DNA from: an uncultured Rivularia sp.
GTDB lineage: Bacteria; Cyanobacteriota; Cyanobacteriia; Cyanobacteriales; Nostocaceae
Length of the DNA: 64,000 bases
Direction of reading: 5' to 3'
Assembly (NCBI GenBank): GCA_963665115.1
Contig: OY762007.1
Span: 4,320,001 to 4,384,000, forward strand
Below are positions 1-8,977 of the stretch, piece by piece. The position numbers and the translations under genes are program-made. The notes beneath the pieces were generated by a model. It did no database searches and was not told where the DNA came from. It worked only from the letters and a program-made list of their open reading frames with translations. Numbering within the stretch: the stretch's first letter is position 1; each line of letters begins with the position of its first letter.

Positions 1-730
1 TAACTGCTGCTTGAGCGCGTTGAACTTGATTTTCTGCTTCAATAACATTTCCGCGACGATTGGCTTTGGCTAGTTCCGCTTTGGCTTGTGCTAATTGAGT
101 TTGAGACTCTAAAGCAGTGCGACGCGGTAAAGCGCCATTAACCGCCAATGACTTGTCTTTATTATATTTTTCTTGAGCAAATGCTACTTGACTTTGCGCT
201 TGAGCTATTTCTGCTTTAGCGATATTTTGATAGCGATTGTAATTTTGTTGAGCCAACTTTAAATCCGCTAAAGCTTGTTGTAAATCGGCTTGACCTTGTG
301 CTAATTTTTCCTGGGATTCAACCCGCAAATTTACGAAATCAGGGCTAGTTAACACAGCAACAGGTTGACCTTTTCTTACCCTTGCACCTGGTTCTACCAA
401 CAACTCAGCTACCTTTGATCCAGGAATTGGGGTTGTTACCTGCGCTTTCTGACTGGGTAAAGTTTCAATTTTACCCGTCGTCTTAATACCAACGTCCAAA
501 CGCTGACGTTTTACACTCTCAACTTTAATCCCCAACCGTTTCGCAGTTTGCTCATCTACTTTGACTTCTCCACTTGATTCGCTTCCACTTTGAAACGCAC
601 CACTTCCATGGTCGTGACCAGCACCTGCTAACACAGATGTCGGAGTGTTGAGCAAAAGTAGACTCAGAGCTAAAGTAGAAACAAAATTAAGAACTGGTGC
701 AGAACCTTGAAAACGGTTGGAAATTCGCAT
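1..730 (-). CDS. Heavy-metal efflux RND periplasmic adaptor subunit (CzcB/CusB-like); 3' end runs off the window
   Basis: Read manually from ATG at 730: MRISNRFQ...VLAGAGHDHGSGAF...AKRLGIKVESV...TTGKIETLP...LLVEPGARVRKGQPVAVL, then a coiled-coil helical hairpin. Not in the ORF track because it is truncated. Confidence 0.88.
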   Translation of the reverse strand, partial: MRISNRFQGSAPVLNFVSTLALSLLLLNTPTSVLAGAGHDHGSGAFQSGSESSGEVKVDEQTAKRLGIKVESVKRQRLDVGIKTTGKIETLPSQKAQVTTPIPGSKVAELLVEPGARVRKGQPVAVLTSPDFVNLRVESQEKLAQGQADLQQALADLKLAQQNYNRYQNIAKAEIAQAQSQVAFAQEKYNKDKSLAVNGALPRRTALESQTQLAQAKAELAKANRRGNVIEAENQVQRAQAAV

Positions 731-883
731 AAACATTATCTTCCTCGTGTGAGCTTATCTCTGGAATATTGGCATTTTGAAAGAAGCAGTACTAGACTTC
801 ATGCAATCTTTCTGCTGATTGAGATGCTCCTGTAAGTACAACGAGCCACTACTAACTTTCTTTTCCAATTCTTTCACACCCAA

Positions 884-900
884 ATGAAAAATCGGTGAAA
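884..900 (-). promoter_or_regulatory. CopR/RppA-type direct-repeat box upstream of the RND adaptor
   Basis: Minus strand TTTCAC-N5-TTTCAT, with a -10-like AAGAAT 10 nt downstream. Confidence 0.6.
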
Positions 901-1032
901 TTTTTAGATGATTTTCTTTTGAGCAAATATATTCAAATGTTTAAAATCCTTGTTTGACAATCAATACGGTGTCAATCTTGAGAGGATATACTTACTTGTA
1001 TAAATAGAACTGACTCCGTTCAAAAATAACAA

Positions 1033-1058
1033 AGAGACGTTGCACTGCAACGTCTCTA
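1033..1058. repeat. Short cyanobacterial palindromic dispersed repeat
   Basis: AGAGACGTTGCACTGCAACGTCTCT; related copy near 56004-56036. Confidence 0.6.
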
Positions 1059-1141
1059 CAAAATTATTGGTTTCAAGATTAGCATTGAATGAAGATAGAC
1101 AATTTAACAACCACCTACTTCGTAAAATAAAGTCTGAGAAA

Positions 1142-1537
1142 CTAACTTAAAGTTTCAATTAACTTTATTACTCGTTGTTTAACTTCCTCACGGATACGAC
1201 GGAATATTTCAATATCTTTACCTTCGGGGTCATCGAGTTGCCAGTCTTCAAATATATCTCTTGTCACCCATTCTGGTGGTAAATTTACACCGCAACCACA
1301 TAAAGAAATCACGGCATCGTAATCTTCTGGATTAAAATCACTTAAAGGTTTGGATTTTTGATTACTGATATCAATGCCAATTTCTGACATAATTTCTATA
1401 GTTTTAGGGTCTACAAAACTCGATTCTAAACCCGAACTACTAACGCCTATTTTACCTTCTCCTAAAGTACGAGCAAATGCTTCTGCCATTTGAGAACGGC
1501 GAGAATTTTTCTTACAGACAAACATAACTTTTTTCAT
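1142..1537 (-). CDS. arsC: Arsenate reductase, glutathione/glutaredoxin (LMW-PTP) type
   Basis: CKKNSRRSQMAE P-loop, SLCGCG motif, DWQLDDPEG. Confidence 0.93.
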   Translation of the reverse strand: MKKVMFVCKKNSRRSQMAEAFARTLGEGKIGVSSSGLESSFVDPKTIEIMSEIGIDISNQKSKPLSDFNPEDYDAVISLCGCGVNLPPEWVTRDIFEDWQLDDPEGKDIEIFRRIREEVKQRVIKLIETLS

Positions 1538-1601
1538 GGTATTACCTATTATGAAATTAATGAACAGTTGAGTTGAAAAACTTTTAAGATAACCAAAGAC
1601 A

Positions 1602-2252
1602 TTAAAACTTAGGCAGACAATTATCTACACTGATACCTGCTTTGATTGCTTCTTGTTTGCGTTCGCTGTAGCGGTTCGTAAGATAATCTGCTTCGGAGCG
1701 CAACAGCAAAGTAAATTTATACAATTCTTCCATGACATCAATAATGCGATCGCGATAAGGCGAATCTTTCATGGTTCCGTCTTCGTTAAACTCTTGGTAA
1801 GCTTTGGCAACGGAAGATTGATTGGGAATGGTAAACATCCGCATCCAACGTCCTAAAAGGCGCATCGAATTTACGGCATTAAAAGACTGAGAACCACCGC
1901 TCACCTGCATTACAGCCAAAGTTCTACCTTGAGTTGGTCTAACTGCTCCTATACTTAAAGGAATCCAGTCAATTTGATTCTTGAGAATACCAGTAAGATT
2001 ACCGTGCATTTCTGGAGATGACCAAACTTGACCTTCTGACCATTGGCTTAATTCCCGTAGCTCTTGGACTTTGGCATGGGATTCAGGTACGCTTCCCCGA
2101 ATCGGTAATTCATGGGGATGAAAAAACTTTACTTCCGCACCAAATCCCTCAATGATTCGAGATGCTTCTTCTGCTGCAAGCCGACTGTAAGAACGCTCTC
2201 GTAAGGAGCCGTATAAAAATAATATCCTGGGCGGATGATTGAAATCGGTCAT
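1602..2252 (-). CDS. arsH: Arsenical resistance flavoprotein ArsH
   Basis: [27 protein letters not shown] motifs. Confidence 0.96.
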   Translation of the reverse strand: MTDFNHPPRILFLYGSLRERSYSRLAAEEASRIIEGFGAEVKFFHPHELPIRGSVPESHAKVQELRELSQWSEGQVWSSPEMHGNLTGILKNQIDWIPLSIGAVRPTQGRTLAVMQVSGGSQSFNAVNSMRLLGRWMRMFTIPNQSSVAKAYQEFNEDGTMKDSPYRDRIIDVMEELYKFTLLLRSEADYLTNRYSERKQEAIKAGISVDNCLPKF

Positions 2253-2353
2253 AATTATTGAATTAACGGAAATCTACAGACGATTTGACTGCTGTTTTAA
2301 CCAAACTTGAGCAGCTATTTGAATGACTTTATATTTACTTAAGAGAACTATCG

Positions 2354-3514
2354 TCATTCATCCGTATCATTAAAGCTGGGCGCGGATCGCGTAGGGGTCG
2401 CCTTTTCCGGTTCCCGTGGAAACCAAGCTGCGGTACGCTTGCAAAATTCAACCAGCATCAACATTAGTGGTACTTCAATCAAAACCCCTACTACTGTTGC
2501 TAAGGCTGCACCGGAATTCAAGCCAAACAGCATCACCGCTGTAGCAATAGCGACTTCAAAGTGATTGCTAGCACCAATTAAAGCAGCGGGTGCGGCATCT
2601 TCGTAAGATAAATTTAGCTTCAGCGCTGCTACATATGCAATCAAGAAGATGAAATTGGTTTGGATAAAAAGCGGTACGGCAATTAATAAGATGTGTAGGG
2701 GATTTTCTACAATTAATTCGCCTTTAAATGCAAACAATAGTACCAAAGTTAATAGTAAAGCAGTGATGGAAATTGGAGTTAAATACTTTAAAAATCGTCT
2801 CTCAAACCATTCCCTACCTTTATGTTTCATAATCCAGTAACGGCTGAATATCCCAGCTATCAAGGGCAATCCCACGTAAATTAGTACCGACAACACGATT
2901 GTTTGCCAAGGAACAGTTAAATTATTAGCTGCTAACAACCATCTACCCAAGGGTGCGTATAAAAACAGCATTGCCAGGGAATTCACCGCTACCATCACCA
3001 AGGTATGTCCTTGGTTGCTGTAAGAAAGATATCCCCACATCAATACCATTGCCGTACAAGGGGCAATTCCTAACAAAATCGCACCAGCAATGTAAGAATT
3101 TGACAGCGCAACTTCGCTACCGCGAATTATTTCGCTTCCCTCAATCAAAGGACGAAATAACCATCCTAAGAAAAACTGAGCAAATGCCACCATCGTAAAT
3201 GGTTTAATCAACCAGTTAATCACCAAAGTAAGAATTACAGGTTTGGGAGCGCGGATAGCATGAACAGCTTGGCTGAAGTCAATTTTTACCATGATGGGAT
3301 ACATCATGAAAAATAAACACACCGCGATAGGAATAGATACCTGAAACACGCTCATAGCATCCAATGCCGTTGCTATCCCAGGAAATGTTCTTCCCAATGC
3401 AATCCCGGCAATAATGCAGAAAAACACCCAAACTGTAAGATATTTTTCAAAAAAGCTCAGATTGCTCCCAGCTTTAACTGGTGCTTTATTTGCTTGCGAA
3501 TTATTCGTACTCAT
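2354..3514 (-). CDS. acr3: ACR3-family arsenite efflux transporter
   Basis: [45 protein letters not shown] motifs. Confidence 0.95.
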   Translation of the reverse strand: MSTNNSQANKAPVKAGSNLSFFEKYLTVWVFFCIIAGIALGRTFPGIATALDAMSVFQVSIPIAVCLFFMMYPIMVKIDFSQAVHAIRAPKPVILTLVINWLIKPFTMVAFAQFFLGWLFRPLIEGSEIIRGSEVALSNSYIAGAILLGIAPCTAMVLMWGYLSYSNQGHTLVMVAVNSLAMLFLYAPLGRWLLAANNLTVPWQTIVLSVLIYVGLPLIAGIFSRYWIMKHKGREWFERRFLKYLTPISITALLLTLVLLFAFKGELIVENPLHILLIAVPLFIQTNFIFLIAYVAALKLNLSYEDAAPAALIGASNHFEVAIATAVMLFGLNSGAALATVVGVLIEVPLMLMLVEFCKRTAAWFPREPEKATPTRSAPSFNDTDE

Positions 3515-3545
3515 CTGTAAACCCCGAAATATCTATAGTTAAGTG

Positions 3546-4592
3546 TTAAAATTCGGCTCGTTTCCGCAATACTTCATCGATAGTTAAATCCAGACGGGCT
3601 TGTCCCTCAAATACCGTTCCTGCTTTACCTCTGGTAAAATGAAGCTTATCTAGGCTATAAGCATCTTCTGGTAAAGGTACATACCCCACAGAACTAACTG
3701 TTATGGGCGCTTTTTCAATATAGAAATTTACAAAGTCTCTCACCCCTGCTTTCTTTTGAGCAGACTTAATATTTACATAGATAAACAGAGGACGAGAAAG
3801 TGGTTGATATTCTGCTTTTTCAACCGTTTCTCTTGAAGGTAATACTGCTCCCTTACCGTTATCTATTCCTAAAGCTTTTAATTTATCTTGGTTTTGTTCG
3901 TAATACGCATAACCAAAATAACCTAAAGCATTGGAGTCTTTACTGACACCAGAAACTAGAACCTCATCGTCTTCGCTGGCTGTATAGTCACTACGACTAT
4001 CTCCAGATTCACCGACTACCGCTTTTGTAAAGTAGTCATAAGTACCCGATTTATCCCCAGCACCATATAAACTTAACGGCTTATCGGGAAAAGAAGCGCG
4101 TACCTGTTTCCAGTTGGTAATCTTTCCTTGGGCTGATGGCTCCCAAATTTTCTTTAATTCCGCTACCGTAATATCTTTTGCCCATGTATTTTGGGGATTC
4201 ACCGCTACAGTCAAAGCATCAAAAGCTATAGGTAGCTCGGTAAATATTACACCGTTGGCGGTACAGGTTTTCAATTCCTGCTTCAGAATCGGACGTGAAG
4301 CGTTACTGATATCTGTTTCTCCTTTGCAAAATCTTTCAAAGCCACCTGTAGTACCGGAAACGTCTACTTTGACTTCTGCTTGATTCTGTTGTTGAAATTC
4401 TTTAGTTACAGCCTGTGTAATTGGATATACCGTACTCGAACCATCAATTTTTATTGTGGTTTCAGAATTACTAACCTCAGATACTTTTCCCTGGGACACA
4501 GTAGTGCTAGGAGTGTTAGACGTGTTCGTACAGCTAGCCGTCAGAACTAATACCCCTAGCATCAGAGCCATTTTCGTTGCTGTTGCTTTCAT
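3546..4592 (-). CDS. pstS: PstS/SphX-family phosphate-binding lipoprotein
   Basis: Lipobox LTASC; IDGSSTVYP, SGTTGG, SGTYDYF, YQPLSRPLF. Confidence 0.9.
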   Translation of the reverse strand: MKATATKMALMLGVLVLTASCTNTSNTPSTTVSQGKVSEVSNSETTIKIDGSSTVYPITQAVTKEFQQQNQAEVKVDVSGTTGGFERFCKGETDISNASRPILKQELKTCTANGVIFTELPIAFDALTVAVNPQNTWAKDITVAELKKIWEPSAQGKITNWKQVRASFPDKPLSLYGAGDKSGTYDYFTKAVVGESGDSRSDYTASEDDEVLVSGVSKDSNALGYFGYAYYEQNQDKLKALGIDNGKGAVLPSRETVEKAEYQPLSRPLFIYVNIKSAQKKAGVRDFVNFYIEKAPITVSSVGYVPLPEDAYSLDKLHFTRGKAGTVFEGQARLDLTIDEVLRKRAEF

Positions 4593-4633
4593 GGTACGTA
4601 CTTACATTGACTTCAAGGGAACATCTCTATCAT

Positions 4634-4704
4634 TTCAAAAAAAATTGATGTTTCAAGTAAACGATATCACAATACCGAAAAACATATCAAAAAAAATTGA
4701 TATG
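4634..4704. promoter_or_regulatory. Two ArsR-type operators upstream of pstS
   Basis: TTCAA-N6-TTGAT (4634-4649) and perfect CATATCAA-N6-TTGATATG (4683-4704). Confidence 0.75.
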
Positions 4705-4708
4705 AGTA

Positions 4709-5029
4709 TTAAGAATCTTTACAAGCAGGTGCGGGTAATACTTGGTTGATGAGCCGGTATTGTGCGAGGTAATCCTCTAAAACCTCAAACTGAGCCGAGT
4801 TGAGACTGTAATAAATCCAGCGTCCTTCCTGACGAGCATAAACTAATTTAGCTTCTTTAAGATTTTTGAGATGAAAAGATAGCTTAGATTGACTTACCTC
4901 TAAAATATCGCATAAGTCACAAACACACATTTCTTGTTTTTTGAGTAATTGCAAAACTTGAATCCGCAGTGGCTCAGACAGAGCATGAAAGCCAGCAATG
5001 ATGATATCGTTTGTATGAGTAACTTGCAT
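4709..5029 (-). CDS. arsR: ArsR/SmtB metalloregulator
   Basis: FHALSEPLRIQVL, EMCVCDLC, VSQSKLSFHLK, GRWIYYSL. Confidence 0.93.
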   Translation of the reverse strand: MQVTHTNDIIIAGFHALSEPLRIQVLQLLKKQEMCVCDLCDILEVSQSKLSFHLKNLKEAKLVYARQEGRWIYYSLNSAQFEVLEDYLAQYRLINQVLPAPACKDS

Positions 5030-5099
5030 TGCTGTAAGTTGAAATTATTGGGCTGCCTTTCCATCTTAATTTACATTTGATGCGAAATTTTGTGCTGAA

Positions 5100-5465
5100 A
5101 CTATACTTTGTTCAAAGGTTGAGAGTTAATTAACCTTCTAAACGAGTACCCCAACACAGATGTGATTTTCTTTGCTATTACTGCCATAGTTTTTGCTAGC
5201 ATTGTTAACTCCAAGGGAACATATCTATCGTTGCATCAAAAAAACTTGATGCTTTAGTTAAGCTATACCACAATACCGAAAAAACAAGTCAAAAAAAATT
5301 TTTATATATATTAAGAATCTTTATGATGATGAGAAATGAATGCTTATGCAGATGAATAGTATTGTTCCATAGCAACAAATGAAGCCAATTAAAGGCTGTA
5401 ATAATGCGTCGTGGCTTTCTTGATAAGTGTAGACTAATTCAGTTTTAGTTATAGATTTTTGGGAA
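5100..5465 (-). pseudogene. Decayed duplicate of arsR 3' end + operator region + pstS 5' end
   Basis: 5208-5323 resembles 4610-4720; 5311-5465 aligns with the arsR 3' end; ATG at 5187 reads MAVIAKKITSVLG, similar to the PstS start MKATATKMALMLG. Confidence 0.65.
5233..5252. promoter_or_regulatory. ArsR-type operator upstream of arsR
   Basis: Perfect GCATCAA-N6-TTGATGC. Confidence 0.75.
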
Positions 5466-5729
5466 CTTGCTACAAAGACAATGCATTAGTCCGATAGAAG
5501 GTTGTAATAATATTCGGATCGTTTTTTTGCACATAGATGTAGGCAAGAGATTGATACAAAACCTGTCAGTCTCTTGCAGCATTTTTCCTGTGAGTTTAAT
5601 AGATGCTCTTTATGATAACTAATTATGCGGACTTGATGTAACCCAAGATAGCACCGTAAATAACTTTGGAGGTAATATCGGCAACCGTATAAATAATTTG
5701 TCGCGTTACTGCTCACTTTTTTAGCTTGG

Positions 5730-6722
5730 CTAATTATTCAAAAAAATACGCGATTTCTTTCCATATCGTTGTAGAAAAGCCAGAGCTTGTCGCTGTAGCT
5801 GTAGCACTCTTTGACGAGAAATACCCATTCGCTGACTAACTTGATTTAATGTCAATTCTTGTCCATCTTCTAAACCATAACGCAAGGTTAATATTTCTTG
5901 CTGTTGAGGAGAAAGTTTGGATAACAAGTCTTTAATAGTTTGGTTGAGGGATTCTTTTAAAACGTAGTCTTCTGGAGAAAAACTATTGTCTTCTAACAAA
6001 TCTTTTAAATCTGTATTTTGTTCTTCTCCCACTCGTACATCTAAAGACATCGGTTTACGAGCCAAACTTAAGTAATCTCGAATTTGACTTGGTTTCACTT
6101 CCATTACCTCAGCAATTTCAGTCACAGATGGATTGCGACCAAGTTTTTGTGATAATTCTCGTTGAACTCGTTTGATTTTATTTAGTTTCTCCGTGATATG
6201 AATCGGTAAACGAATTGTGCGAGATTGCTGGGATATTGCTCGCGTAATTCCCTGACGAATCCACCAGTAAGCGTAAGTAGAAAACTTGTATCCCAACGCT
6301 GGTTGAAATTTATCAACTGCTCGCTCTAATCCTAAAGTTCCTTCTTGAATCAAGTCGAGAAAATCCAGATTACGTTTCTGGTATTTTTTAGCAATTGTGA
6401 CTACTAAACGCAGATTAGCCGCAATCATTTTTTGTTTAGCTCGTTGTCCCCGATCTATTTGTTCGAGTAGTTCTGTATCATTCAATTGAGCCTTGTCTGA
6501 CCATTCTTGAAGAGTTGGTTGACGCTGTAACTTCTTAGATAATTCTTCTTTAATCGCTAACAAAGACATCCGTTGCTGAACTTTTTTAGCCAAATTAATT
6601 TCTTCTTCGGAAGTTAACAGCGGTATGCAAATTATATCTTGAAAATAACTACCGACAGTATCTTTTGAAGATTTACAAGTTTTTTTACTGTCCTTATTTG
6701 GTTGAGAAATAGGGTTAGACAT
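5730..6722 (-). CDS. Group-2 (RpoD/SigA-family) RNA polymerase sigma factor
   Basis: MIAANLRLVV, DLIQEGTLGL, YKFSTYAYWWIRQ, RTIRLPIH and region-4 HTH; no region 1.1. ATG at 6722 preferred over GTG at 6749. Confidence 0.92.
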   Translation of the reverse strand: MSNPISQPNKDSKKTCKSSKDTVGSYFQDIICIPLLTSEEEINLAKKVQQRMSLLAIKEELSKKLQRQPTLQEWSDKAQLNDTELLEQIDRGQRAKQKMIAANLRLVVTIAKKYQKRNLDFLDLIQEGTLGLERAVDKFQPALGYKFSTYAYWWIRQGITRAISQQSRTIRLPIHITEKLNKIKRVQRELSQKLGRNPSVTEIAEVMEVKPSQIRDYLSLARKPMSLDVRVGEEQNTDLKDLLEDNSFSPEDYVLKESLNQTIKDLLSKLSPQQQEILTLRYGLEDGQELTLNQVSQRMGISRQRVLQLQRQALAFLQRYGKKSRIFLNN

Positions 6723-6864
6723 AAGATAATTAGCTTCTACTGAACGCACGCTGGTTAATCTTGAAAAAAGTTTTGCTTAAGTATTAAGTTTGAAAATAAG
6801 AAGTATTTTTGATGATAAACCCTTTGTAATTTATTATGTTTGATAAATTTATATAAATCAAAGA

Positions 6865-6989
6865 ATCAAAAGAAAGAGGTTGTACTTTGAAAGCAGAGTT
6901 TCGCTAAGTACAACCAAGTGGTGTGTGTGTGAGGAGTGATTTATTTGAAATCACAATGTAAACGTAAACAATATAAATATTCACGTTCA
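6865..6989 (-). ncRNA. Yfr1-like small RNA or structured leader
   Basis: Hairpin GTGATTT/AAATCAC (6936-6954), exact Yfr1 11-mer ACTCCTCACAC (minus strand 6937-6927), then a 10-bp stem GGTTGTACTT/AAGTACAACC (6878-6915) with a U-rich tail. Confidence 0.65.
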
Positions 6990-6995
6990 CTTACT

Positions 6996-7028
6996 AGTAT
7001 GTTATCTAAAAATGAAATTAAGATGAAA
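6996..7028 (-). promoter_or_regulatory. CopR-type box plus -10 element
   Basis: Minus strand TTTCAT-N5-TTTCAT (7012-7028), N10, CATACT (6996-7001). Confidence 0.7.
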
Positions 7029-7135
7029 TTTATCAAGGTTGGGAGAATTATTTAAAAACTTAACTGGCGCTAAAATCTGGTTCGTCTTCTTCGAGTAAAA
7101 CTTTCATAACTAGCGATCGCCTTTTTATGCAAGCC

Positions 7136-7618
7136 CTAACTAACACGCAGTCGGGCTATGCCTACAGGTACTGTTTGTTTTGAATCAACAAAATTAACAA
7201 ACACTTTGTACAGCATTTCGCCCCTGGTAGCACGTAATTTTCTAACTTTGTTCATCTCTATAGTAAGCTTTGTTCTAGGAGGAACGGGTTCGGAAAATGT
7301 TAATACTGCTTTCTTCTCATCGATAGCAACAGAGGCGTTAATCTTTTCTCCCGATTGATTAGAGACATCAATATTATCCCTTAGCACTATATTATTTGGG
7401 GCTTCAATAATAATTTTTGACACAGCATTACTTTGTTCAGAAATGGCAATTTTTAAGGTATGTCTAAGAATGCTCCAATGGCGAATACCTTTAGGAAATT
7501 CTGAAAAATTAGTAATACGAGCAAAATTGGTAGCTGCTGTTGTTGGTTGTGCTATAGCAGTACCAATTGATACGGCTAATGTGAAAGTAGCGGCAGTATA
7601 AAATAATATTTTTTTCAT
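7136..7618 (-). CDS. DUF2808-like exported protein
   Basis: Signal peptide; LTFSEPVPPRTKLTIEM and PVGIARL C-terminus. Confidence 0.7.
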   Translation of the reverse strand: MKKILFYTAATFTLAVSIGTAIAQPTTAATNFARITNFSEFPKGIRHWSILRHTLKIAISEQSNAVSKIIIEAPNNIVLRDNIDVSNQSGEKINASVAIDEKKAVLTFSEPVPPRTKLTIEMNKVRKLRATRGEMLYKVFVNFVDSKQTVPVGIARLRVS

Positions 7619-7733
7619 TCTGAGAGGGTTTTAAAAGTAATTTTTAGATTACATTAATACTATTTTTTCAAATATTTTCAGAGAGTAAAATGCTACAACA
7701 ATAGTAATAATGTAATCATTTAATATTCATCCA

Positions 7734-8039
7734 CTAACTTGAGATGTTAGATGTCTTAGACTTAGTATTACGTCGGCGTGTTTGAAACCACATAATAATT
7801 CCTGTAACGGCAAGCATCAGCAAACCAAAAGCATTTAAGAATGGATAAATCATTTCTAGATTAATACGACCAAATTTACCCCTATGCCATTCCAGAAGCC
7901 AGAGAAACTCCTCAGTTTTACCACTAATTACTGCTATGTGAAACAAAGAACCCGTAATCAAACTTAGTATTGCAGGCAACAACATGATTGGGGCAAACAA
8001 CGAGTGCAGTTGACGGATGCGAGCTTTATTTAATGCCAT
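7734..8039 (-). CDS. Small two-TM protein (PepSY-TM-like)
   Basis: RQLHSLFAPIMLLP...TG, WLLEWHRG, LLMLAVTGIIMW. Confidence 0.65.
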   Translation of the reverse strand: MALNKARIRQLHSLFAPIMLLPAILSLITGSLFHIAVISGKTEEFLWLLEWHRGKFGRINLEMIYPFLNAFGLLMLAVTGIIMWFQTRRRNTKSKTSNISS

Positions 8040-8111
8040 AGTTAGCAGTTTTACTTCAATAATATATATTTAGACTTAAAAAAAATCGCATCAATAGAAA
8101 TCAAAAAGACT

Positions 8112-8507
8112 TCATTGATACATTCGTCGCTTAGTATAATAAAGTAAAAAAGTTCCTAATAAAAGTAGTGAAAAAACCATTTCTCCTGGCTGTGGAATCA
8201 GGCTTGAATTGTTTATTGTAGATGAATTTACTGAATTAATGCCTTTCTTTTCCGCGTGCATTTTCATTGGAGTAGAAGAAGGCTTTACAGATGTTTCCGG
8301 ATTTTTCATATTCAACATCCGGGATGAATTGGAAGATTCTGGCTGTGTTTTTGCCTCTGGGGTTACTATTACTTCTGTTTTTGGTTCGCTTGTTTTTTTG
8401 GCTCCGTGGAACTTTTTCTCATGTGCTTTGAGGGGTGAAGCTTGCACTAATGTAGTTGCAACTAGTGTTGAACCGATAAAAATAATTTGACGAATTTGTG
8501 ATTTCAT
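8112..8507 (-). CDS. Exported low-complexity protein with PEP-CTERM-like C-terminal anchor
   Basis: Signal peptide ending LKA-HEKKFH; C-terminus IPQPGE + TM + KRR. Confidence 0.6.
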   Translation of the reverse strand: MKSQIRQIIFIGSTLVATTLVQASPLKAHEKKFHGAKKTSEPKTEVIVTPEAKTQPESSNSSRMLNMKNPETSVKPSSTPMKMHAEKKGINSVNSSTINNSSLIPQPGEMVFSLLLLGTFLLYYTKRRMYQ

Positions 8508-8551
8508 TTTTTTTAGGTAAGGGTGCTGAAGCGTTCATGCTTACATTCCTA

Positions 8552-8584
8552 AGTATGATGGATACTTATGAAATCAGGATGAAA
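8552..8584 (-). promoter_or_regulatory. CopR-type box plus -10 element
   Basis: ATGAAATCAGGATGAAA (8568-8584); minus-strand CATACT exactly 10 nt downstream. Confidence 0.7.
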
Positions 8585-8653
8585 TAATAAGCTCTTTTTT
8601 CAAAAAGTATGACAATTTATTTTAATTTAATAAAGAATATGACAACAAGAATA

Positions 8654-8686
8654 TTTCATGCTGATTTCATAACTCCTTGTCAAAAT
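8654..8686 (+). promoter_or_regulatory. CopR-type box plus -10 element upstream of copA
   Basis: TTTCAT-gctga-TTTCAT, N10, CAAAAT. Confidence 0.7.
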
Positions 8687-8977
8687 AGTAATCAGCAGAA
8701 ACACCGCTCAATTTTGTTTTTAAAGAAACTACCGAACTATGGTAAATCAACTAATTCAAAAAGTAACTATCGTATTATCTGCTGTAAACGCTATAATTTC
8801 TGCTACGCCGTTAATAGCGGATTTTTGTAGCACATCCCGGAATACCTAACGACTGATTATTTTTGAAGGGATAAGTACAGCTAGGTAAAGTTATCGCTCA
8901 AATAATTATACTATCTATCGAAATTTAGCAACGTCGTATTTAGCTATATCCAAACACGTTATTAACAGGTAATTATT

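Noticed and set aside
1495..1520. ArsC inactivated by NSRRS instead of NSCRS
   Set aside because: The catalytic CX5R and the CGC motif are intact; this position varies in the family
5486..5716. 76-aa ORF downstream of the sigma factor
   Set aside because: No recognisable motif or convincing start
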